Shown here one piece after another: positions 22,286 to 33,806 of a stretch of 64,000 bases of DNA; positions within the stretch are counted from its first letter, which is position 1, and every line of letters starts with the position of its first letter. The stretch spans positions 9,424,001 to 9,488,000 of the forward strand of contig NC_135763.1 in assembly GCF_052425735.1 (NCBI RefSeq). Direction: 5' to 3'. The notes beneath the pieces are model-generated. The model made no database searches and had not been told where the DNA came from. It saw only the letters and a program-made list of their open reading frames with translations. The translations under genes and the position numbers were made by a program. The DNA comes from Oculina patagonica (lineage: Eukaryota).

Positions 22286-22803
22286 AACAGTTTTTTGACT
22301 ACAGCGTAGTATTTACCTATTTTTTCATTTATACATTTGGCACCTACGCTTCGCAGGGTTTCTAATATTGATCATCCTGCTGACGGAAAATCCTCATCAA
22401 AGTCCAGTTGGACATGGCACTTATTAGCGAACGGACATGACATATAATGTTGAAGTTTTATTCCGTATTCTAGCAACATCTATAGACCTAAAGAAGGCTG
22501 TTCATTCCGAAAATATTGATAACGAATCTAACACCCGCTTTGTATCAGCTTTGCAGTATAATAGTGTGTGGAATTTTCTCTGTTCAACCGCGGCATCCAG
22601 TTGAACTGGTTAGATCTTTTTTTTCTCTGAGGTCCGACCTGCAATTAAGACTGGTTCTTTAATCTGCTGTCCATCACGAAGAATAAGAAAGATCCCGCTT
22701 CAGTGCATGTAATTGTCCTGCAAATGATGCAAAAAGTTGTAATTGGACAGCTGTAAATGGACACCTAATTGACAAATAGGCGCGTAGAGAGCCAATGAGA
22801 ATC

Positions 22804-23650
22804 GAGTTTGATCGTAGCACGAGTCAAGTTCGAGCCCGAGTCAACTTCGAGTCACGAGTCAAGTTCGAGTCAAGTTAAATTTCTTTTTTTTTTTGCAGTT
22901 TTATTTTTAATTGCTGTGTGAAAATTATATACGTACCGGAGGTATAAGAACAGCAAGATTTGAGTCATTTGACCTCTTCTTTCAGTTTCACTGTCGATTG
23001 CGACAGTTTAGTCCTGCATTTGTTCGCAACTGCTTTTCAAACGTTCCTCGGCATTCATAATAAATTTTCCTCACAGATTCCTACCTGTATTAATTACACA
23101 CAGCTGAGGCAGAGGTTCCATTTCAACAAGAAAGCGTGAAAATTGACGCGAAGTTCAAAAATATTAGCCCTTCTTGACTCGAGCGCCATCTTGTTTTATC
23201 CACAGGGATCCCATACAAGAAATCAAACATTCTAGCCCATTCTCTCCACGGCCAAATTGGTGGAGGACATGTTGTTTACCTGTCAAACAGTTTATATCAT
23301 TTCTTGCGTCAGAATAACCACGTCCAATGTATTTTTGTGTGTGTGCGGGTTTTACAGAGAGAATTTGCCTAAGATTTTCGAAGCACCTCATACCTGTGAA
23401 TGGAAACATTATCAGTCTTGAAAACGCAGCAAACGTTTTGGAAACTTGAACGACAATTCTGTCGCTGGTGAGTTGAAAATCGTTTCGTGTCAAACCAAAC
23501 AACTGATGTTTATCTTACCTATGCGACATTGTTTGACAATAACAATTACGGTATTGTCAAACGATATTATTGAAAAAAAAGTGACTCGAACTTGACTCGT
23601 GACTCGAAGTTGACTCGGGCTCGAACTTGACTCGTGCTACGATCAAACTC
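22804..23650. mobile_element. Mutator-like (MULE) non-autonomous element, recent
   Basis: TIR of about 69 bp (GAGTTTGATCGTAGCACGAGTC...). 9-bp TSD ATGAGAATC (22795-803, 23651-59). Empty site at about 29629-29637. Confidence 0.85.
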
Positions 23651-23761
23651 ATGAGAATCGATAATTTTCCAGAAGATATTATTACCGACGAGGACGAGAT
23701 CAAGTAACAATTAGTGTTCACATTTGCACTATCGTTTGGACCCGGTTTTCAAACAAGTAAT

Positions 23762-23995
23762 AGCGAAGTGTGCGAGTAGTAACGTCACGACTCAGACAAG
23801 ACTCAGACAAACAAACCGAAATGGCGGACGATTTTCCTAAAACACTTTCTAAAGCAGCTAGTATTCCTAAAGACTTTTATAAAACAAACAATTCGCTTAG
23901 ATTCCTTCTGTTTCTCTCAGAACACGCTTATGTTTTTTAAGCCTTTGGCGGTTATATTCATTTGCATCCTATTTTTAGATCTCGCGCGCTTCGCT
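23762..23995. mobile_element. AT-target MITE with AG...CT ends (ISL2EU-type)
   Basis: AT|AGCGAAG...CTTCGCT|AT. The paralogous empty site caagtaATtaggaa at about 29815-29828 shows a 2-bp AT TSD. Confidence 0.75.
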
Positions 23996-26069
23996 ATTAG
24001 GAATAGGTGCTTAACCATTACCAAAAAGAAAATCTTCAAACAGATAAGAATTTTTTAATCTTTATTTTTGCAGGGTTACTCTATCAGTTTTACAGTTTTA
24101 AAACTGTTATCAGCGGAGCTCATAATAAAAACAATAAATAAAAAATACGTTATCCCTTCAGAATGTCTGAACGTTAAAAAATAAAAACAAACAAAGATCG
24201 TCGTTGAAAATTCCAGAAAAAGTGAATATATTCGATCTTTCAATTTTTTTTTTAAATAATAATAAAAAGCATATTTGGAATAATATTCAAAGTGCCACAC
24301 GGAAAATTATATAAAATCATTATTATTCGGCTCCTTGATGCCATTTCTTGTAATAAGTAATAACTTTTGAAGTATTGAAAAGGTGTTATTAGTATTATAA
24401 TACGTAGAAGTCCACACTTTCAAAACACGGACCAAAAAGACTGACAATCATCCCTGTAAAGCTCCATGTTAATTCCAGTTGCAGCTTGATTCTTTAAAAA
24501 ATAATGCAAGAGTCGCGCGCAAAAAGGGGAGAAGACAACTTGAAAAAGAAAATTTAAAATAAGAAGAACATTATTATCTACTTATTTCTCAGTAATTAAA
24601 GGAAGCGCTGAATTAAATTGATAAGAGGTTTTGAAGAATACATTCTAAATGAAACGTGTTCCGATGGACCGAAAATGCACGGTGCTAATTTATAGTGATT
24701 GTCAATTCATTGCGTCCGATCGATGTTGAAAATAAACAGATATCACGAGGTTTTTTTACAAAGCATTAACATTGACATCATTGAAGCTGTCTTATTTAGG
24801 ACTGGCGCAAAATTGTAGATATCAAAGAACACTATACACTCGTATAGCCAACAGAACCTGATGGGGAAAAACTATAGATATCCACCTGTATTCGTTTCAT
24901 TAAAAAAGGAAATCTAATAGCTATAGTGTCAAGGTCGCTCTGTTCAGTCTAGAGAGTACTGTCTTACTTGTCTAGGGACAGAACTTGGTGGAGGACCAAA
25001 TACTAAACTTTACGTTTTGTTTTTGTGAAAGTCGATTTTAATATTAGCGGCTTTAATCTCAACGGCTGCAGATAAATCACATTGATATGCACACTTCTCC
25101 GTGGATTATGATACATTTTTTATTCACCTGTATTTGTCAAATTTTGACTGTGGGAATAGATTTTTTTAGTGTCAGGACCGCTCCGGCTATTTCACAGACT
25201 ACGAACTTTTTATGCTTGAGACTTGAATCCTATAGTTATAGTAAATATAAAAATGTTTATGGTACATAATAAAAAAGGTCAATTTTAAAATCTTCGTTAT
25301 GTAGATTTTTGTAAAAATTATTATGACGTAAGGTCAAATTTTAAACGCACTTGGACTTAATAGCGCGTGTGCGATTTTTTTTCTTATTGAAAAAAAGCCA
25401 TTGAATTTTTGTATGTCAATGGCCACGTTTGGCAGCATATTAAATTTCCGTGGGAATGTATTCAATCAAGGCACTACTCTGAAATTATAAAACAAAACTA
25501 CTAAACTTTTGTTACAAGAACTTAAAAATAAACCGCAGGCAAAAGAAAAGCCGAAAAGCACGTCAATTCCTTAAAATCTAAAGACTAATCTATCTTTTCG
25601 TGTTAATGTATTTACAGTGTACACAAAAAGCAGAAAGTAGAAAAACAATTATCCTTTGTTTTGGGCTTGGAAATTTGGAATCTTTTAAGCAAATTACAAA
25701 CACGAATTTCGCGCCGAACACGGAGATGACATTTTAAAATGCATGACATTTAAAATATAAGAGCTCGAGAGTTTTATTGCACGGCACAAACCTCTAATTG
25801 TTGTGAGTAAATCTCACTAATAAACACAGTTTGCCATACATTATGATATATTTTTAATCTTATCCACCTGTATTCGTTTACTTTTTACTGTAGAAAAAGA
25901 GTATTGTAGGGAAATAAATATTAATGTGTTTTTTTCCGTAATTATTTGTCATATCTTCTTTAAGCAGGTGTTAACTTCTGTACGTCGCGTTGTAATAAAT
26001 CGATTTCGTACATCAACATTATACCGGCACTGATACTGTTCGTCTCTTACACTTACGTAGATTGGATCG

Positions 26070-27173
26070 ATGGTCATTCGGGTCATGGACATGGCATATT
26101 CAGCTTCGGATATCACCAAAGCTGTTTTCCTTGCTATAATATTTGTTACAAATGTTGTGGGAAACACATTAGTAGCCTTCGTTTTGACGAAATACCGAAA
26201 GCAACTTCTCAAAAATCGCCCAACCTATCAGTTCATTTTTAACATAGTGCTTTCCGATCTCTTTGTTGGCCTCTTAACGATTCCATTCGAGTTCACCCGT
26301 GAACTTCTCGACGAGTGGATCTTTGGAACAGTGCTGTGCAAGATAGTCGAGTTTATTGAAATTGCTGTATCAGGCACGGCGGTCTGTACTCACGCGTTGA
26401 TTGCTTTTGATCGATATCGCAGCCTGGCTCGTCCGTATCTGCCCAAGCTGGATAGAAGGCTTGTCAAGCGCATGATTACTTTATCATGGCTTTTACCTGC
26501 CGTTCTAACAACTCCTTATCTTTACATGTTTAGCGTGCAAGAGATAGATTCCAAGATAATCTGTACACCGCTAGCACTTCCGATCAGTTGGCTGGACAAA
26601 CTATATGAGGCAGTCGAGTTCGGCGTTGTGTTTTTCGCGCCATTCGTGGTCTTATGTTGGTGTTATTTTCATGTGGCATTGATAATGTGGGGAAGAAGCC
26701 CTTTGGTGGCAGCAGTGACCTTTCCAACTGCACCGCAATCCGTTGTTTGGCGGAACAAGAGGCGTGTAACACGGACTTCTGGTTTGGTTGCAGCAGCATT
26801 CACGGTGTGCTGGCTTCCGACTTTTGTCCTGAGCTTTGTTCGAATTATATCTGGCACGGAGAGTGTTCACCGAGGACACACTCTACACGAAATAGCCATG
26901 TTTGGGGCCTTCATCAACGAGGCGATTAACCCCATTATCTATTGCGCGTTCGACAGACATTTGAAAGCGAGAATTGGTCTACACACATTTTGTTCGCATC
27001 TTGCAGAAAGTGCAGGATCAAGCAACATCGCTGATCAGACAAATAACACCGTAGATGAAAACACACTGAATCAAATGGATGTCAGAAACCTTCATGATGC
27101 TACTTTGCCAAATGACAGACCAAGCCGGCCAAGAAACGAGACTATAAACTCTACATGCTCGATCTTCCATTAA
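26070..27173 (+). CDS. Class A GPCR copy 5, tandem duplicate of copy 4
   Basis: Intact 367-aa 7TM ORF, near-identical to copy 4. Acceptor at 25967. Confidence 0.93.
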   Translation: MVIRVMDMAYSASDITKAVFLAIIFVTNVVGNTLVAFVLTKYRKQLLKNRPTYQFIFNIVLSDLFVGLLTIPFEFTRELLDEWIFGTVLCKIVEFIEIAVSGTAVCTHALIAFDRYRSLARPYLPKLDRRLVKRMITLSWLLPAVLTTPYLYMFSVQEIDSKIICTPLALPISWLDKLYEAVEFGVVFFAPFVVLCWCYFHVALIMWGRSPLVAAVTFPTAPQSVVWRNKRRVTRTSGLVAAAFTVCWLPTFVLSFVRIISGTESVHRGHTLHEIAMFGAFINEAINPIIYCAFDRHLKARIGLHTFCSHLAESAGSSNIADQTNNTVDENTLNQMDVRNLHDATLPNDRPSRPRNETINSTCSIFH

Positions 27174-30100
27174 TCAGCTTAAGAAAATACGTACGATAAA
27201 CGATCGAGTAGTGAAGTATTAGACTGTCAAATGGATTACAGTTGTGGCTGGCTCGTACGTTTTATCCATGACTGAAACTAATCTGATCGCATATTCATTT
27301 TAGTATTTGCTTTATATCAGTCAAGTTAGTCAAACTAAAGCATGAAAGGCAAAAGATATAACACAATTCATTATTCGGTGACTAAACAACTGAATTCTAA
27401 TTTGACATTAATCATCAATAGCTTAATCCTGCTTTCAGCAACCGGGGCTCGGTAAACAAAAACAAGACATGACTCTTCCGCCTTCAAGCAAAGAAAAACG
27501 TATACAATTTTGAGCTGAACGGTTTCCTGCTTTTCAGGTTTTTTATTTAAGAGGCAGCTTACTTATTCTCAAGTTATTTTGCATATTTTCCTACGTTTTG
27601 TACTAGTTATGGAGTGAAGCTGAAGTTTTTAAACAACCGTACAAATTAAATTTGTTACCTCAAGAGATCAGATCAATTTCACAACTCTAGTGATAGGAAA
27701 TTTTTTATTGATATTACGGCTAAGTGAAATAAGCACACAAGATGACTTTCTTTTTCCCCCTTGTTGCCGGACATAACTGGAAATGATCGTAAAGGGAAAT
27801 ACAAATAGCAAGAATTAGAACTTAATGGGACATTTTTGAATATAAAAAGGTCGATCTTGTTTAAATCATAATTGTAAGAATAGAGACTAATAGTTTGGCA
27901 AAAAATCTAAGAGGCCCATATTTAACGAGTTTGCGAACTATGAAGATTCTAGTTTCTTGAAAAAATAACAATTCCTTTGTTTGCGAGTACGCGTTGCATG
28001 TAGGGTAGGTGTTATTGAAAAGTGTATGTACCCATTATCACGGACATAAAGATGAGAATAAACAATATCAACTTTGACTTATGTAAATATGCGCAATATT
28101 TTTCATTTTTCAGTATCAGTGGCTTGATTGCAAAGTCGTACTTTCAAATTGGTACTTCAGCAACATAAATGAACAAGATTTTAAAATCTGAGTTGAAGGA
28201 AACTAAAAAAAATATAACAAAGATGTTTAATACTACAAAAGATTAACTGATAAAAATTGGCCAATTTATCTTTTATACATGTATTCACAAAAAAAAAAAC
28301 TTCCTGTTTATTATTTTTATGCCTCTTTTCTTTTTACATTTCTTCAGCAACATAAATGAACAAGGTTTTAAAAGCTGAGTTGAAGGAAACTGAAATTTCT
28401 TTATGTTGCTTGGTACCTTAATATAATTTACTGCCTTTCTAGGTCTTCCCTAAGCTTTTGTTGTCCCAGACGAAAACCCTTACCAAACCGATGTTCCTAA
28501 AAATGAAAGGACACCCGGGCATCTAGGCGTTAAATCTGCCTTACCTCATGTGGCTCAAATACCGTATTCTTACTAATTTTCGAGCGTATTAATTTCGAGC
28601 GTACTTAATTTCGAGAAAATTCGGTTGCCGAATTTAATTTCGCGAGTATAAATTTTCGCGATTGCAAGAGAAATTAGAGCGAAAGTGTATTAAATTTCGC
28701 GATTTCGTTCGTGTTTTGTGGATTTGTCTTCAAAGACTAAGGAACTACTGGAAATATGCAAAGGTCTTGCTCAATGTTACAACAAGGAACCTGCAAACGG
28801 AAACTTTGGTGACTGTACTAGAGGTCTTGGCCAATTTACAAGCTGAAGAAAACCGTAATAAGAGAAAAAGCACTAGTCTAAAACAAGACGGCAAGATATT
28901 TGCAAGGATAGGCTTTTGTAGTTCCAAACGTTTAAAATTTTTATTGTTTTAATATAAAATATTGTATTATTTTATTCGCGCGTTCAAATTTCGCACAATG
29001 TTTTTTTCGCGCGTATTAAATTTCGCGATTATTTTGAAGTCGCAGAAATCGCGAAAATTAGTAAGTATAAGGTACACAAACGTATTACTGGCACACTGCG
29101 ATTGATCATTGGCCATATTTTATTTATTTTTTCTGTTGTTTTTTTTTTACAATTTACAACAACTTTTATAGAGCTGGAATACGCATTTGTTCAATGTGGA
29201 ACTCGTGCGCCAGCCAGACTGGCATGCTGACGGAAAATCCTTAGCAAAGCCCCGTTGCACTCGGCACTTATTAGCAAACGGACATGACATATAATGTTGA
29301 AGTTTTATTCCGTATTCTAGCAACATCTATAGACCTAAAGAGGGCTGTTCATTCCGAAAATATTGTTAACGAATCTAACACCCCCTTTGTATCAGCTTTG
29401 CAGTATAATAGTATGTGGAATTCTCTCTGCTCATCCGGCATCCAGTTTTTTCTCTGCGGTCCGACAAGCAATTAGGAGGCCCTTTAATTTGCTGTCCATT
29501 GAAGAAAGAATGAGCAAGAAGGATCCGCTTCAATGCATGTAATTGTCGTGCAAATGATGCCAAAAAAGTTGTAATTGGACAGCAGTAAATGGACACCTAA
29601 GTGACAAAAATAGGCGCGTAGAGAACCAATGAGAATCGATAATTTTCCAGTAGATACGATTACCTACGTAATAGGCCCAGAAAAACAAGGAGGAGATCGA
29701 GTTGCAATTAGTGTTCATATTCGCGCACTCGATTGGGGATTCTATGGCGTTCTGCCTCTTCGACTCAGTTCTCTTCTTCACGGTGAATCTTTCGCCTTGG
29801 GCCCGGTTTTCAAACAAGTAATTAGGAATACTATTTAAGAAAATCTCCAAAGAGATAAGCATTTTTTAATCTTTAGTTTTTTACAGGGTAACTCAATCAG
29901 TTTTACAATTAACGAAGCCCGTGATAAGAACAATAAATAAAAATATAGTACGTTAACCCTTCAAGGACCGAACGTTGAAAAAAAAATAACAAACAAACAT
30001 TGTCGTTTAAAATTCCAGGGAAAGATAATTTGTAATTCTTCAGCTTTTTTTAATTTGGAATTATATTTTGTATGCCATGCATAAAATTATGCATTAAGTA

Positions 30101-30479
30101 ATAAATTCATTATTATTCTACTCCTTGATGCCATTTCTTGTAATAAGTAATTACTTTTGAAGTATTCAAAAGGTATTATTAGTATGCATAGATATCCACA
30201 CTTTAAATACATAATAAAGTAACAAAAAAACTGATAATTCCAAAAAAATTCCATGTTAATTCCAGTTGCAGCTTGATTCTTTAAAAATAATTTGGAAAGT
30301 GCGCAAAAAAAGGGAAGAAGACAACTTGAAAAAGACATTTTAATATAAGAAAAACATTATTATCTACTTATTTCTCAGTAATTAAAGGAAGCGCAGAATT
30401 AAAATAATAAGAGGTTTTAAAGAATACAGCCTAAGTGAAACGTGTTCCTATGTAACGAAGATGCACGGTGCCAATATAT

Positions 30480-30682
30480 GGCTAACTTATTAACTTTAGG
30501 CTCCTCGTGGAACAAAGGGCGTCAACAATGCTTCGCCACCGAACTCTATTTGATGCTGCCTTCTCAGCTGCGTTCCAGCTGATGTTAGCTTTCTTAAACT
30601 CCTCCTCAGTTGATCTTCTCCAGGTCTTAGCAGGTCTTCCCACCTTTCTTTTACCCTGCGGATTCCACACAAGGCCCGCTTC
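30480..30682 (-). mobile_element. 5'-truncated RTE-clade LINE 3' end
   Basis: Encodes WNPQGKRKVGRPAKTWRR...A.NRVRWRSIVDALCS. 12-bp TSD GTGCCAATATAT (30468-79, 30683-94). Absent in unit A at about 24682. Confidence 0.85.
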
Positions 30683-32764
30683 GTGCCAATATATAGTGAT
30701 TGTTAATTCATTACGTTCGATCGATGTTCGAAATAAACAGATCGATACCACGTTTTTTTACAAAACATTAACACTGACAAGAAATTGTAGAAATCAAAGA
30801 AATCGTGATGTGAGGATAACCGCCCTCGTATGGCCAACAGAACGTGATGGGGAACAAAAAACTAAAGATATCTACCTGTATTCGTTTCATTAAAAAAGGA
30901 AATAGATCTAATAGTGTCAAGGGGTTCTAGAGAGTACGGCCTTCCTGTGTACAGAACTTGGTGGGGACCGAAAACTAAAGTTTGCGTTTTGTTTTTGTAA
31001 AGGCCGGTTTTAAGATCAGCTGCTCTCATCTCACTGCAGATGAACGACTCTAATATACGCAGTTCTACGTGGATTATGATAAAATTCTAATGTTATTCAC
31101 CTGTATTTGTCTAATTTTGACTCGGTGGGAATAGATTTGTGTCAGGAACGCTGCGGCTATTTTACAGACTGCGACCTTTCTATGGACAGAACATGCTGGA
31201 GACTTTAAACCTATAGTTATAGTAAATATAATAATGTTTATGGTAAACCATTAGAAAAGGTCAATTTTAAAATCTTCGTTATGTAGTTCCTTTGTTAATA
31301 TGACTGCTTTAGTGAAGATAATGGCGTAAGGTAAAATCTTAAAGTGTTCTGGTACAACATCCTAAACGCACTTGGACTTGATAGTGTGTGTGCGATTTTT
31401 TCTTTTTTTAAAAAACAAAGCCATCTGAATTTTGTATATATACATGGCCACGTATGAAAGCATATTAAATTTCCGTGGAAATGTATTCTGTCAAAGCATT
31501 ACTCTTAAATGATAAAACAAAAATACAAAAGTTTTGTTTCAGGAACTTATAAATAAACCGCTGGCAAAAGAATAGCCGAAAAACACGTCAATGCTCTTAA
31601 AACCTAAAGACTAATCCATCTCTTCGTGTTAATGTATTTACAATGTACACAAAGAGCAGAAAGCAGAAAAACAATAATCCTTTGTTTTGGGCTCTTTTAA
31701 GCAAATTACAAACACGAATTTCGCGCCGAACACGGTGATGACATTTTTTAAAATTCACGACTTTTAAAATATAAGAGCTCAACAGTTTTATAACAAGGCA
31801 CGAACCTCTAGTTGTTGTGAGTAAATCTCACTAACATACACAGTTTGCAATAGATTATGATATATTTCTAACCTTATCCACCTTTATTCGTTTACTTTTT
31901 ACTGTGCGAACAGAGTATCATTGTCAGAGCCGCTCTGTAGCTCAGTTTAATGTATTTGATATTTGTAAATGATTCTAGGGCTCCTTTGCAGCCAATGCTA
32001 AATAGCTCTAATCGTTAAGTGGCAATCTTTCTAAGCATATTTTTTGGCGGCATGTTGTTATTGTTATTATTATTATTTCTTGTCTTAAGAAGCTCGCCGA
32101 CTTACTTACGGAAGCATAATAAAAATGTAAACTACATTGTTTCCCTGACTCACTCAATATACCCAACCCCAGGCTATGATTCTTGTTTCCGACGTTCCTT
32201 TAGGTTAATTTGAACATATCGTAAAGAAGTAAATGCTTAGCAAACAGCTCAAATTTGATTGGTCTACATAAGTTGAGCGAAAACACTTTAAACTTAAAGA
32301 TAAATTATTCTGTTTGCCTTTCGTGCCATATGTAGCTATAAATTACCTTTTGCAATTAACGTAGCTTTCTAGACCTATATACTTTTCCGTAAGGTCGACA
32401 TTTAGATGCATGGATGTCAATAAGCTGTTCTTAATTGTCAAACTAGAAAGCTCGTTTTTTTTAAAAGGCACATTCATCATCTTGAAATCACGTTGCTTAT
32501 TCTTTAGGGACAATATTGACAATTAACACGTAATCAAATAATTTCTTGGTTTTTTGCACTTTGCTTTTCACTTCTTTCTTTGGTTTATAACTTCCCAAGC
32601 AGGTGCTTACGGCATTGATGCCGCACGTACATATATCATTTATAATACCCTGTTATACATAATGAGTGTAGAGCACGCATGACTAAAAGGTTAGCTTACT
32701 TATCAGTTTGTTTATCGTTTACGCGAATGCTACTCACTTCAGTTGCGCTGTATAGAGATTAACT

Positions 32765-33775
32765 ATGACAGATACGGCTTCTAGCATCGCTAATGTTGTT
32801 AGCGTTGGAGTGGGAACGCTTCTTGCCATCGTGGGTAATGTTATTGTCGCGTACGTTCTGATTAAGCGGTGGAAAGTACTTCTTAAAAACCGTCCGACTT
32901 ACCAGTTTATTTTAAACCTCATCTTATCGGATCTTGTTGCTGGTTTATTGCTTTGCCCTTTCGAATTCGTACGGCGTCTTATCGGTACGTGGATGTTCGG
33001 AACAGCTCTTTGCAAGATCATCGATTTTGTCAAAATCTCGGCATCTGGTACAGCCATTATGTCTCACACGCTCATTGCAGTTGATCGATATCGGTGTTTA
33101 GCACATCCTCATCTTCCCAAGCTCAAATCAAGGCTCGTTAAGCAGCTGATAGCGATGTCATGGGTGGTCCCTGCCTTAGTGTCCACTCCGTATCTGTATA
33201 TGTTTGAAGTTGTCCAGGTCAATTTATACCAGATGTGCACGCCGCTTGCTATTCCAGTGCCATGGCTTGACAAACTTTATGAAGCTGTTGAGTTCGGTGT
33301 GGTGTTCTTTTTCCCCTTTTGTGTGATCTGCTGGTGTTATTACCACGTGATCCGGCTAACACTTCGAAGGCAACCTCATAATTCAGGGCCGGCACGGATA
33401 CCAACTGCACAAATTGCTCTTCAACGAAGCAAAAGGCGAGTGACGAAAACAGCCTGCTTGATCGTGGTGGCTTTTATCGTCTGCTGGTCCCCGACTTTTG
33501 TCTTGAGCATTTGGAGAATTGCGTCCGGAACAGAAAGTGTACACCACGATCACACACTTCATGAAGTTTCCTTTTTCGGAACACTTATCAACGAGGCAAT
33601 CAACCCCATCATTTACAGTGCATACGACAGAAATATGAACGTTTGTGCGTACATTTATTGTGGACATCGCGTCTTCGACGAGACCAACGAACCTGAATCC
33701 ATCAGATCAAACGAAACGATTCGCAATCGCCGCAGTATAAATACAAGGCAGTTGCAGTTTGAGGAACCTTCTTAA
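32765..33775 (+). CDS. Class A GPCR copy 6, divergent paralog of the same family
   Basis: 336 aa; shares LLKNRPTYQFILN, WLDKLYEAVEF and INEAINPIIY with copies 1-5. Acceptor ccaagcag| at 32602. Confidence 0.92.
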   Translation: MTDTASSIANVVSVGVGTLLAIVGNVIVAYVLIKRWKVLLKNRPTYQFILNLILSDLVAGLLLCPFEFVRRLIGTWMFGTALCKIIDFVKISASGTAIMSHTLIAVDRYRCLAHPHLPKLKSRLVKQLIAMSWVVPALVSTPYLYMFEVVQVNLYQMCTPLAIPVPWLDKLYEAVEFGVVFFFPFCVICWCYYHVIRLTLRRQPHNSGPARIPTAQIALQRSKRRVTKTACLIVVAFIVCWSPTFVLSIWRIASGTESVHHDHTLHEVSFFGTLINEAINPIIYSAYDRNMNVCAYIYCGHRVFDETNEPESIRSNETIRNRRSINTRQLQFEEPS

Positions 33776-33806
33776 CAATTGTCTCATTGTGTCGCTTTTG
33801 TCATAT

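Larger units (their letters stand above)
21328..22377 (+). mobile_element. Degenerate Penelope-like fragment with an inverted terminal segment, hosting a SINE and a MITE
   Basis: 13-bp TSD TGCTGACGGAAAA (21315-27, 22378-90), with the empty site at about 29225-29237. Frameshifted GIY-YIG tail (HCRDVI...PVPAHFNQ...MKVAVL...EMRYIF...TL...GLN). 21328-21365 is an inverted copy of 22291-22330. Confidence 0.8.
17853..31918 (+). repeat. Tandem segmental duplication: unit A 17853-25904, unit B 25905-31918
   Basis: Collinear alignment from tgtaggg.aataaata to ...ctttttactg....agagtat. The length difference is mostly explained by unit-specific insertions. Confidence 0.9.
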
